Source of the DNA: Candidatus Methanomethylicia archaeon
GTDB taxonomy: Archaea > Thermoproteota > Methanomethylicia > Nezhaarchaeales > B40-G2
Reading direction: 5' to 3'
Length of the DNA stretch: 49,007 nt
Assembly (NCBI GenBank): GCA_029259155.1
Contig: JAPDJI010000021.1
Location: 1 to 49,007 of the forward strand
Part shown: positions 7,529 through 16,142 of the stretch, piece by piece
Position numbering within the stretch: the stretch's first letter is position 1
Layout of the letters: the number at the start of each line of letters is the position of its first letter
The notes under the pieces: generated by a model
What the model saw: the letters and a program-made list of their open reading frames with translations, nothing else
Database searches by the model: none
Told to the model about the DNA's origin: nothing
Made by a program: the position numbers and the translations under genes

Positions 7529-9046
7529 TTGATGCCTATGAATAAGTTAAATGCCATAGGGTTGCTTGTGGTATTGGCTGCGTTCGTGGCGTCGAGCCTA
7601 GCGTGCTCAATGATGGCTGCTCCTAGCTCGTCTAACGAGTTCCCGGTGACGATCGTCGACGACTTTGGTAGGCAGGTCACCATTGATAGAGAGCCACAGT
7701 GCATCATTTGTCAAGGGCCGAGCTGCACTGAGATCGTCTACGCCCTGGGCGCCCTCGACAAGGTCGTTGCCGTGGACCCCTACTCAGACTACCCACCTGA
7801 GGTCGCCGAGAAGCCGAAGATTGGGGCCTCAGGCCTAGGCTACATTAAGCTCTCAGCTTCGGCCGAGGACTTTGAGACGCTGGACCCAGACTTGATCATC
7901 ACGTACTCTTACGTTGAGGAGAGCGAGGCCGACGACACCATACTCCCGCGACTGGAGGCCCTCGGCCTCAAGGTGATAGTGCTCAGGCCCCTCACCTTGG
8001 AGGATGTCCTGTCCAACATCGAGCTCGTCGGGAAGGCCTTGGGGAGGGAGAGCGAGGCCTCAACGCTGGTCCAAGACCTCAGGGTCAGGATGGAGATGAT
8101 AGAGGAGAGGGTGGCGGACGTCACTTATAGGCCGAAGGTGTATATAGAGTCTTGGTACCCGCCGCCGTGGACCTTTGGGCCCGGTACTTGGGGCCATCAG
8201 CTCATCGAGATGGCTGGTGGGGCCAACGCTTTCGGCGATGCCCAGGTGCAGTGGGTCAGGACCAGCGACGAGGAGGTCATTGAGAGGGACCCCGACGTAA
8301 TCGTAAGCCTGCGGGGGGCTATGCATCAAGCCACCTTGGAGGACTTTAGAGCTAGGCCTGGCTGGGGCCAAGTGAGGGCTGTCCAGCAGGGCTCGGTTTA
8401 CGTGGTGGACGAGAACTTGTTCCTTAGGCCTGGCCCGAGGCTGATTGAGGGCCTAGAGGTCTTGGCGGGTATCCTCCACCCTGAGATCTTCGGGAGTGTC
8501 GAGGTGGTGGCGACTGACGTAGACGTGGACGCCGTCAATAGAGGACTGGCTCAGACGCTGTCCGGTGTCGCTGAGTCCTTTAACTTCACCCTGCTAGTGA
8601 CGGAGGCTGCAGCTCCCAGCAACTTTACGCTGAAGACCACCGTAATTAAGGTGGGCCCCAGCCCTCCGCAAGGTCTCAGGGCGGTCGGCGCCTACTTAAA
8701 CATCCACACTAGCATCTCAGGCGTTGCCTTGAGGATGCTCGCGGTCATCAGCTACGACGAGGCTGAGGTAGGGAGGCTAGGAGTGAGTGAAGAGACGCTG
8801 GCGGTCTATAGATGGGATGGCGGAGAGTGGGTTGAGGTGCCGAGTGCCGCGATGGTCGATGAGGACCTGGTGGTCGCAGTGGTCAACCATACAAGCTACC
8901 TAGCCTTAATGGGGATGCCCAGCCCTCCACCGCCTCCACTAATATCGACTCCCATACCGCTCTGGCAGGCGTTAATGGTGGGTGTCGCGGCAGCAGTTGC
9001 CCTGGGCCTGGTGGGCTTCGCGTTAGGGCGTAGGAGGCGGAGGTAG
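7529..9046 (+). CDS. btuF: cobalamin ABC transporter substrate-binding protein with an extra C-terminal surface domain and PIP-CTERM-like membrane anchor
   Basis: Signal peptide, FPVTIVDDFGRQV, TEIVYALG and RPGPRLIEGLE; about 180 extra residues ending PPPPP..PIP-TM-RRRRR. Confidence 0.88.
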   Translation: MMPMNKLNAIGLLVVLAAFVASSLACSMMAAPSSSNEFPVTIVDDFGRQVTIDREPQCIICQGPSCTEIVYALGALDKVVAVDPYSDYPPEVAEKPKIGASGLGYIKLSASAEDFETLDPDLIITYSYVEESEADDTILPRLEALGLKVIVLRPLTLEDVLSNIELVGKALGRESEASTLVQDLRVRMEMIEERVADVTYRPKVYIESWYPPPWTFGPGTWGHQLIEMAGGANAFGDAQVQWVRTSDEEVIERDPDVIVSLRGAMHQATLEDFRARPGWGQVRAVQQGSVYVVDENLFLRPGPRLIEGLEVLAGILHPEIFGSVEVVATDVDVDAVNRGLAQTLSGVAESFNFTLLVTEAAAPSNFTLKTTVIKVGPSPPQGLRAVGAYLNIHTSISGVALRMLAVISYDEAEVGRLGVSEETLAVYRWDGGEWVEVPSAAMVDEDLVVAVVNHTSYLALMGMPSPPPPPLISTPIPLWQALMVGVAAAVALGLVGFALGRRRRR

Positions 9047-9056
9047 CTGGGGTTTA

Positions 9057-10133
9057 ATGGTTGAGGAGCGCGTGGATCTAAGCAGGGCTGCGAGATGGAG
9101 CCTTACGATCCTCACCCTCACCCTCATCTTATTTACTTGCTCCGCGTTCTCCATAAGCGTAGGAAGCGTCGAGACCTCCGTGGCCGACGCAGCTGGAATA
9201 CTGCTTGGACAGGTCCCGGGCTTTAAGCAAGTCTTCGGGGCTTGGTGGAGCGAGACTCAGGAAGTGGTCGTAGTTCAGCTTAGGCTGCCTAGGCTTGTAT
9301 CCGCCGTGCTAACGGGGGTGGCCTTAGCGACCTCAGGCGCAGTCTTTCAAGGGATGTTTAGGAACCCGCTGGCCGACCCCTACGTCCTCGGCGTGGCCTC
9401 AGGGGCTGGGCTTGGAGGGGTCGCTGCTACGCTACTTAGCCCCAGTCTCCTGCCCATGAGCGTCGTCTACGCCAGGCCCCTCATGGCTTCAACGACCGCC
9501 ATCCTAACGATCCTCATCGTCTACGCAGTAGCGAGGACTGGAGGAAGGGTGCCTGTGCTGAGGCTCGTCCTAGCTGGGGTGGCCGTAAGTAGCTTGATGT
9601 CCGCGTTGACCATGCACCTCCTGTTCTTCGCTGGAGAGAGGGGGCACATTGCCTTAGCATGGCTCTTCGGCTCCTTCGCGATGGTCGAGGGTAGGTGGGA
9701 CTACGTGGAGATGGCTGCGCCGCTCATATTGACGTGCTCGGCGCTAATGTTCCTCTTCTCGAGGGACCTCAACGTCTTAGCGATGGGTGAGGAACAGGCT
9801 AAGCACTTAGGAGTCGAGGTCGAGTCGGTCAAGAAGGCCTTATTGGCCCTGGCTTCAATAGCCACGGCGGCCGCCGTGGCTATAAGCGGTGTTATCGGCT
9901 TCGTGGGCCTGATAGTCCCCCACGCGATGCGTTTAATAGTTGGCCCAGACCACCGCATACTCCTCCCTTCATCAACCTTAGCTGGCGCAACGCTACTGGT
10001 TGCCTGCGACACTTTGATCAGGGCCAGGGTCATCGCCCCCGCTAGCGAACTACCAGTGGGGACCATTACTGCGATGATGGGCTGCCCCTTCTTCCTGTAC
10101 CTCCTAGTTAAGAGCAGGAGGGTGGTTGCGTAG
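9057..10133 (+). CDS. btuC: cobalamin/iron-chelate ABC transporter permease (FecCD family)
   Basis: LRLPR, QGMFRNPLADPYVLGVASGA, IGFVGLIVPH and ELPVG motifs. Confidence 0.92.
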   Translation: MVEERVDLSRAARWSLTILTLTLILFTCSAFSISVGSVETSVADAAGILLGQVPGFKQVFGAWWSETQEVVVVQLRLPRLVSAVLTGVALATSGAVFQGMFRNPLADPYVLGVASGAGLGGVAATLLSPSLLPMSVVYARPLMASTTAILTILIVYAVARTGGRVPVLRLVLAGVAVSSLMSALTMHLLFFAGERGHIALAWLFGSFAMVEGRWDYVEMAAPLILTCSALMFLFSRDLNVLAMGEEQAKHLGVEVESVKKALLALASIATAAAVAISGVIGFVGLIVPHAMRLIVGPDHRILLPSSTLAGATLLVACDTLIRARVIAPASELPVGTITAMMGCPFFLYLLVKSRRVVA

Positions 10134-10136
10134 ACG

Positions 10137-11465
10137 ATGTCGGGGAGAGCCGTGATTAAGGTGCGCGGCGTCGAGTTCGCGTACGACTCCGTGAAGGCCT
10201 TGGACGGGGTAAGCTTAACGGTCGACAGAGGGGAGTTCCTAGGCCTCCTAGGCCCCAACGGCTCAGGGAAGACTACGTTCCTTAGGTGCCTCACGGGGGT
10301 TTTGAAGCCCAAGGTAGGTGTCGTCCTATTGGACGGTCGAGAGGTGTCGTCCATGAAGGCGGTCGACGTCGCTAGGAAGGTAGCCGTCGTCCCCCAGCAC
10401 ACGGCCACAACCTTCGACTTCACGGCCCTCGACGTAGTGATGATGGGCAGGCACCCTCATTTAGGTAGGTTGAGGAGGGAGTCTGGGAGGGACCTGGAGG
10501 TTGTCCGAAGATCCATGGAGCTCGCTGGGGTGCTGCATCTAGCTGATAGGCCCATTAACGAGTTGAGCGGCGGGGAGAGGCAGAGGGTGTTCATAGCTAG
10601 GGCGCTAGCGCAGGAGCCCAAGATCCTGCTCCTCGATGAGCCCACTACGCACCTAGACTTAAACCACCAGCTCGAGATCATGGACTTGCTCGAGAGACTA
10701 CGCGTAGATCAGGGGCTTACGGTCGTCGCGGTTCTACACGACCTCAACTTAGCTGCTAGGTACTGCGACCGCTTGGTCCTAATGAGCCACGGTAGGATAA
10801 GGGCCTTGGGACCTGTCGAGGAAGTGCTTAGGAGTGAGGTCATCGAGGAGGTCTATGGCGTCGAGGTCGAGGTAAGGAAGCACCCAGCGACAGGGTCGCT
10901 ATACATAGTGCCACTGTACACCGTGAGGAGTCGCAGGGCCTCGGGCGTTAGGGCAAGGATCCACGTGATATGCGGCGGGGGCACAGGCGCCTCGATCATA
11001 AGGAGGTTGGTGAACGAAGGCTTCGAGGTGAGTGTGGGAGTGGTGAGTGTCCTCGACAGCGATTATGAGGCAGCTAGGGCGTTAAAGGTGGAGGTGGTGG
11101 CTGAGGCCCCCTTCTCGCCGATCAGCGACGAGGCCTTTGCTAGGGGCCTTGAAGCAGCCCTGAAGGCAGACCTAGTGCTGGTAACGGACGCGCCTTACGG
11201 GCGCGGCAACCTGAAGAACCTCGAGATAGCATTGGAGGCTGCTCGCCGAGGCGTTAAGGTAGGCCTGCTCCTCGACCGTGAGGACTTCCCAGCGACGAGG
11301 GACTTCACGGGCGGAGAGGCCACGAAGCTCCTTGAGGAGGTGCTTGAGAGCGTTAGCGCTTTTACAGCCAGCACCCTGGAGGACTTGATGAGGGCCCTAG
11401 AGGCTTCGAGAGGGGAGGCGTGCACTAAGCTTAGACCTCAACTCTCTACTAAAACCTCTCCTTAA
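10137..11465 (+). CDS. btuD: cobalamin ABC transporter ATP-binding protein with a C-terminal extension
   Basis: GPNGSGKT, LSGGERQR, LLDEP and LHDLN motifs; about 170-aa tail starting IHVICGGGTG. Confidence 0.9.
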   Translation: MSGRAVIKVRGVEFAYDSVKALDGVSLTVDRGEFLGLLGPNGSGKTTFLRCLTGVLKPKVGVVLLDGREVSSMKAVDVARKVAVVPQHTATTFDFTALDVVMMGRHPHLGRLRRESGRDLEVVRRSMELAGVLHLADRPINELSGGERQRVFIARALAQEPKILLLDEPTTHLDLNHQLEIMDLLERLRVDQGLTVVAVLHDLNLAARYCDRLVLMSHGRIRALGPVEEVLRSEVIEEVYGVEVEVRKHPATGSLYIVPLYTVRSRRASGVRARIHVICGGGTGASIIRRLVNEGFEVSVGVVSVLDSDYEAARALKVEVVAEAPFSPISDEAFARGLEAALKADLVLVTDAPYGRGNLKNLEIALEAARRGVKVGLLLDREDFPATRDFTGGEATKLLEEVLESVSAFTASTLEDLMRALEASRGEACTKLRPQLSTKTSP

Positions 11466-11550
11466 CTGAGCGGGGCGGTAGACACCATAGCTGCGACAGC
11501 GTAGGCTTCGAAGCGAGGACGCGTGAGCTTAGTGCTGAGTTGTTAAGCAT

Positions 11551-11585
11551 AAAGGCTAAATAGGGCAGTAGGATAAATAGCCTAC
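11551..11585 (+). promoter_or_regulatory. cobT promoter (AAAGG-CTAAATAG) with candidate operator at 11568-11585
   Basis: GTAGGATAAATAGCCTAC lies between the TATA-like box and the TTG start at 11590. Confidence 0.65.
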
Positions 11586-11589
11586 CACC

Positions 11590-12708
11590 TTGAGGAAGCT
11601 CGAGGACTTCGACGTAGCCCTGATCTACAGGGAAGATAAGGGTGAAAGGTTCCTGCGCAGCTTGATCGGTAAGAGGTACCTGTTCGTCTGCGTCGCAGGT
11701 AGCACTGAGACAAGCCTCATCGAGGGGATCACGGTAGCGGGCGCATCACCTCGATTAACGCTTTATACACCTGCAGCTGACGTTGAGTACCTGCTCCTGG
11801 GGCGATGCAGGTGCATAGAGTCTATCCCCATCACCCCTGAGGGCGTACCCACGCCCGCTCTAATAACGAGGGCTGCGCTGAGGCTGGCTGACGCACCCGC
11901 CCTCGTGGTTGATGGAGGATCCTACGTCGAGCCTGGCGTGCCCCACGTGGACGTTGGAGGGAGCCCAAGCCGCGACATCAGGACGGGTTCGGCCATGGAC
12001 TACGATAGAGCCCTCGAGTCCTATAGGAGGAGCGTGGCCTTAGGCCGCGAGCTTTCCAAGCTCTGCGACTACTTAGTAGTCGGCGAGAGCATACCGGCTG
12101 GGACGACGACGGCCCTCGCCGTGTTGATGGCCTTAGGCGTTGACGCCAAGAACAAGGTTAGCAGCGCCATGCCGAACAACCCTCACGGCCTAAAGGCTAG
12201 GGTGGCCGAGGAGGCGTTGATGAAGGCCGGCCTCGCCCCCGGCTCCTTCAGCGACCCCCTTGAGGTGGTGTCGAGGGTGGGCGACCCCATGATGCCTAGC
12301 TTCGCTGGTCTTGTAGTGGGGGCTGTCGATAGTGTCCCCGTAATCATGGCTGGGGGCACCCAGATGGCTGCTATAGCCGCTGTAATTAAGTCATTGAGGG
12401 AGGACGCGCTGGACAACGTCATCGTAGGCACGACGAGGTGGATCGTTGAAGACGGGTCGTCTGACATAAGGGGGTTAATCAGCCAAGTGGCTGAGGTGCC
12501 GATTGCTGCAGCTGTCCTCGACTTCTCTAAGTCGTCCATTGAGGGGTTGAGGTTCTATGAGAGGGGTTACGTGAAGGAGGGCGTTGGGGCAGGTGGCTCC
12601 TCGGTGGCAGCCATGATCGCAAGCGGAGGTCGTGTGGACTCCTCTAGGATCCTTAGTAAGGTTGAGGCGGACTATGTCTCGCTTAAGGCTAAGGGCTATG
12701 TGGAGTGA
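11590..12708 (+). CDS. cobT: archaeal-type nicotinate-mononucleotide:base phosphoribosyltransferase (MJ1598/TIGR00303 family)
   Basis: GITVAG, TPAADVEYL, PTPALIT, GESIPAGTTTA, AGGTQM and YERGYVKEGVGAGG motifs. Confidence 0.92.
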   Translation: MRKLEDFDVALIYREDKGERFLRSLIGKRYLFVCVAGSTETSLIEGITVAGASPRLTLYTPAADVEYLLLGRCRCIESIPITPEGVPTPALITRAALRLADAPALVVDGGSYVEPGVPHVDVGGSPSRDIRTGSAMDYDRALESYRRSVALGRELSKLCDYLVVGESIPAGTTTALAVLMALGVDAKNKVSSAMPNNPHGLKARVAEEALMKAGLAPGSFSDPLEVVSRVGDPMMPSFAGLVVGAVDSVPVIMAGGTQMAAIAAVIKSLREDALDNVIVGTTRWIVEDGSSDIRGLISQVAEVPIAAAVLDFSKSSIEGLRFYERGYVKEGVGAGGSSVAAMIASGGRVDSSRILSKVEADYVSLKAKGYVE

Positions 12709-12759
12709 GCTGCAATACTTCACGTGCGCGTCGCAGACTCGTCAACGTGAGTTAGCAGC

Positions 12760-13080
12760 GCCACGCATGCTCATGCTATTACCTGCTCCGCGAGTATACC
12801 TAGGTGCACCTACCCCCTCTGTCGAAAGGTCGTAGACGTAGATCGACCCTTGGGCTCAGGGGTTTGCAAAGGAGAGGCTATCGCTAGCCTTGGGCTCGCA
12901 CTTAATGGTTCAGACGATGAGCTGGCCGTCGAAGTATAGGAGGTTCATGCCACCTCGTCCTTAGGTATGCCTGAAAGCCTCGACAATTCATAGGTGGATA
13001 GGTCGACTATGCCACCCCGCCGTCAACCACCACTACGTCGAAGCACTGGTTTGGCTAGAGCCTCTTGACAGGGACTGGGC
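12760..13080 (-). pseudogene. decayed coding debris: FAD-oxidoreductase N-terminal fragment plus a stop-interrupted unknown fragment
   Basis: Minus strand reads CFDVVVVDGG / GGIVDLSTYELSRL (compare DVVVVGGGIVGLSTAYEL), then MNLLYFDGQLIV*TIKCEP...ANP*AQGSIYVYDL. Confidence 0.45.
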
Positions 13081-13188
13081 TCCTCCTACGTAAAGAGTTA
13101 GAGAAACATATAGGAGTCAAGGGTTTTATAGGCTTAGGAGGGGCTGAATATCTCAAGGTCATTCTTTAAGGTATGGAACGGAGTATAC

Positions 13189-13836
13189 ATGGTGGGCGGG
13201 CCTGAGATAACTTCCATGGAGGACTGTTGCGTCTATGCTATTGATGCGGGCCCTGAGGACGTTGTACTCATAGATTCAGGCTTAGGATTAAGCTACGATT
13301 CTCTCGTGGAGAATATGCTTGAGGCCCGACTAGACCCTAGGAAGTTAAGATTTATTATTGCTACTCACGCACATATAGACCATGTAGGTGGCCTATCGAA
13401 GTTTAAGAGAGACTATGGACCTACAGTAGTGGCTCATAGCCTTGACGCTGACGCCATAGAGATAGGAGACGCTGAACGTTTAGCCTTAGACCTCTACGGC
13501 GTGGACTATGAGCCCTGCCACGTAGATCTAAAGCTCTCTAGAGATGTAGAAATCCTTAGGATAGGTGACTTGGAGCTCACCATTTTACACATACCTGGCC
13601 ATACTCCTGGAAGTATATCCATCTATCTTGATGTAGGTGGGCAGCGCCTCCTTTTCGGCCAAGATATCCATGGCCCCTTCAGCCCTCGGTGGGGCTCAAA
13701 CCTCGATCATTGGAGGAAGTCTATGGAGAAGCTTCTTCAACTTGATGCGGATATACTGCTCGAAGGACACTTTGGCGTGATTCAACCTGCAAGCGCGGTT
13801 AAGAGGTTCATAGAGGATTACTTAAACATCATATGA
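13189..13836 (+). CDS. MBL-fold metallo-hydrolase (reading frame open from 13138)
   Basis: THAHIDHVGG, PGHTPGS, GQD and EGH motifs. Confidence 0.9.
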   Translation: MVGGPEITSMEDCCVYAIDAGPEDVVLIDSGLGLSYDSLVENMLEARLDPRKLRFIIATHAHIDHVGGLSKFKRDYGPTVVAHSLDADAIEIGDAERLALDLYGVDYEPCHVDLKLSRDVEILRIGDLELTILHIPGHTPGSISIYLDVGGQRLLFGQDIHGPFSPRWGSNLDHWRKSMEKLLQLDADILLEGHFGVIQPASAVKRFIEDYLNII

Positions 13837-13837
13837 C

Positions 13838-14347
13838 GTGGTTGTCATGTTAACCCTCTTTTTTGACGGTCTCTGCGAACCTGTCAACCCTGGAGGTATA
13901 GCCTGCGTAGGCTTTGTTGTTTATCTCGATAAAGATAAGATAGGGGAGGGCTCAGGCTTCATTGGTGCAGGTTACCTTGGAGATAACACCAGCAATAATG
14001 TAGCTGAATACAGGGCAGTTATTGAAGGCTTGAGGTGGTTGTTGGTCCATGGCTATGAAGGGAGTGAATTGACGGTAAAGGGGGATAGCCAGTTAATCAT
14101 AAAACAGCTCAGAGGCGAATATCAAGTTAAGTCGAAGAGGCTCAAGCCGTTACACGAGGAAACCTTGAAGTTGTTGAGGAAGTTTAAGCTGATGATGCTT
14201 GAATGGATACCTCGTGAAGAAAACCGCGAAGCAGACGCCTTGAGCAGGCAAGCTTACTTAAGGTTTCTTAAGGAGCATCCTGAAGCGCTGTTAATTTATG
14301 GAGCTAGGTCAAGGAGACGAAAGCCTGGCCCTCCTAAATTCAACTAG
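13838..14347 (+). CDS. rnhA: ribonuclease HI (archaeal type)
   Basis: FDG..EPVNPGG, SNNVAEY, GDSQL and WIPREENREADAL motifs. Confidence 0.92.
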   Translation: MVVMLTLFFDGLCEPVNPGGIACVGFVVYLDKDKIGEGSGFIGAGYLGDNTSNNVAEYRAVIEGLRWLLVHGYEGSELTVKGDSQLIIKQLRGEYQVKSKRLKPLHEETLKLLRKFKLMMLEWIPREENREADALSRQAYLRFLKEHPEALLIYGARSRRRKPGPPKFN

Positions 14348-14770
14348 TTTTTCCAAGTCCTTTGGGCTCACCTCTAAACCATAATGTGGATCGCCTGAGC
14401 TAAAGTTAACCTTTTGCCTCGTAAAGACCTCCTCATCTACTAAGAGCTCGACGTCGATGGTTAATGGACATATTGCACCCGGCTCAAGCCCTAGTTTCTC
14501 CAGCTCAGAAAGGGAGGCGAGGCTAACTTTTTCCTTCACTATCTGGGCTACCTTAGCTAGGTCTACCTTTCGCATGCCTAGAAGCATGACTGCATACAAG
14601 CGTCCACTAGCTCCTCTAAGCAGCACGGTCTTGCATATCTCATCCTCTTTGACTTCATCCTCCGCATACTTTACCACCTCGTTAACGCTCACCGCTCGCT
14701 TCTTGAGCCTTATGAACCTATACTCAACACCGCTTGCACTCAAAATTTGTTGGACCTTTTGCAAGCTCAA
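14309..14770 (-). CDS. YbaK/aminoacyl-tRNA deacylase family protein
   Basis: ICKTVLL, GLEPGAICPL and FSSG motifs. Confidence 0.85.
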   Translation of the reverse strand: MSLQKVQQILSASGVEYRFIRLKKRAVSVNEVVKYAEDEVKEDEICKTVLLRGASGRLYAVMLLGMRKVDLAKVAQIVKEKVSLASLSELEKLGLEPGAICPLTIDVELLVDEEVFTRQKVNFSSGDPHYGLEVSPKDLEKLVEFRRARLSSP

Positions 14771-14844
14771 GGCTTCCCCCCTGGTATTCGGTTAGAGGGG
14801 TGTTTAAGTATAAGCTTGCATAAACCGTAAAAGCGGGAGACTGC

Positions 14845-15336
14845 ATGGCTTTAATCGGTCGAGAAATGAAAGGTAGGCCTAAGCTCCTATTCCTCGCCTC
14901 ATGTTTAGCCTCATTAGTGTTCGGCCTCACCGAGTATACTATGCATCTAGCTTCTTCATCAGATATGAATTGGGTGGTGGCAAGCTTAGACGGTTTGCAT
15001 GTTTACGCCTATCGCTTAGGCTTCGCTGCTGTGCTAGCTGCGTTTGCAGTTGTTTTAGCCTTATGGATTAAGGCTGATAGGAAGCTTGTTAAGCCGCTTT
15101 ATGCGTTGGGTTTTTGGTTAATAAGTATCTCCATATGGGTAGCTTCCTTTTTCGCAGGCAAAGCTTTAGATGGACATGGCTGGATAACCCCAGACCATCC
15201 TTTATGTTACATGTTCGGCTACCTACCTTGGCCGACTGTTACACCTCTATTCTTCCTTTACGGTCCCTTGATTCTTATCATCGCTAGATGGCTCGACTTA
15301 GAACTATCGAGGAGGGCTTACGTGACTATAATATAG
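14845..15336 (+). CDS. hypothetical membrane protein (about 4 TM segments)
   Basis: Several hydrophobic helices; fills the gap between genes. Confidence 0.65.
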   Translation: MALIGREMKGRPKLLFLASCLASLVFGLTEYTMHLASSSDMNWVVASLDGLHVYAYRLGFAAVLAAFAVVLALWIKADRKLVKPLYALGFWLISISIWVASFFAGKALDGHGWITPDHPLCYMFGYLPWPTVTPLFFLYGPLILIIARWLDLELSRRAYVTII

Positions 15337-15377
15337 CCTTATTAAGTAACTCTGCATACTAGGCCAAGCGAGGCTCT

Positions 15378-16142
15378 ATGAGGTCGGAGAAGGTAGGTTT
15401 TAGAAGCTTTGACGAAACTGAGCTTCGAGGAGAATTATTCATCCCACAGGTGGGTTCAAAGCCTTACCCTGCTGTGTGTCTATGCCATGGTATACCTGTC
15501 AGTCCACGTCAACCAGGAGATAGAGGTTATGCTGAGCTTGCTGAGCTCTTTTGCGAAAACGGGATAGCTGCCTTGACCTTTAACTTTAGGGGTACCGGTG
15601 AGAGTGAAGGTGACTTTGACTTACTCGCCTGGCCAGCCGACCTAGAAGCAGCCATCGACTATCTCTATAACCACACACTTCTGGATAAGGAGAGGCTAGG
15701 CGTGGCAGGCTTTAGCGGCGGAGCTTTGGCTGCACTTTATGTGGCTTCAAGAGACCCTAGAGTGCGGGCGTTAGCGTTATGCTCCATGCCAGGCGATACT
15801 TCAAGAATCTCCCTTTCAGCTCTTCAGGAAACCATCAAGTTAGCTAGGGCTTCAGGAAGCCTAAGAGGAATAGATGCGCCTGGAACCGCTGAGAAGTTGA
15901 AGAAGGACTTTGACCTATTGAACCCTAAGCGCATCATTAAGCAGGTCAGCCCTAGGCCTTTACTTATACTGCATGGAAGTGCCGATGAACTTATCGATCC
16001 CAAAGAAGCCGAAGAGATTTTTGCGGAAGCTCCTGAGCCTAAACAGCTTATTATAGTGGAAGGAGCTCCTCATAAAATAAGGCTCCACAGGGAAGCCATG
16101 GAGAAGCTTGTATCGTGGTTTAAAACGCTATGGTTAAAGTGA
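15378..16142 (+). CDS. alpha/beta-fold hydrolase
   Basis: CHG, FNFRGTGESEG, GFSGG nucleophile elbow, HGSADE and GAPH. Confidence 0.9.
   Translation: MRSEKVGFRSFDETELRGELFIPQVGSKPYPAVCLCHGIPVSPRQPGDRGYAELAELFCENGIAALTFNFRGTGESEGDFDLLAWPADLEAAIDYLYNHTLLDKERLGVAGFSGGALAALYVASRDPRVRALALCSMPGDTSRISLSALQETIKLARASGSLRGIDAPGTAEKLKKDFDLLNPKRIIKQVSPRPLLILHGSADELIDPKEAEEIFAEAPEPKQLIIVEGAPHKIRLHREAMEKLVSWFKTLWLK

Noticed and set aside
12856-12948. Selenocysteine or genetic-code readthrough of two in-frame TGA codons
   Set aside because: TGA is a normal stop in many neighbouring genes, there is no redox motif, and the surrounding sequence is frameshifted debris.
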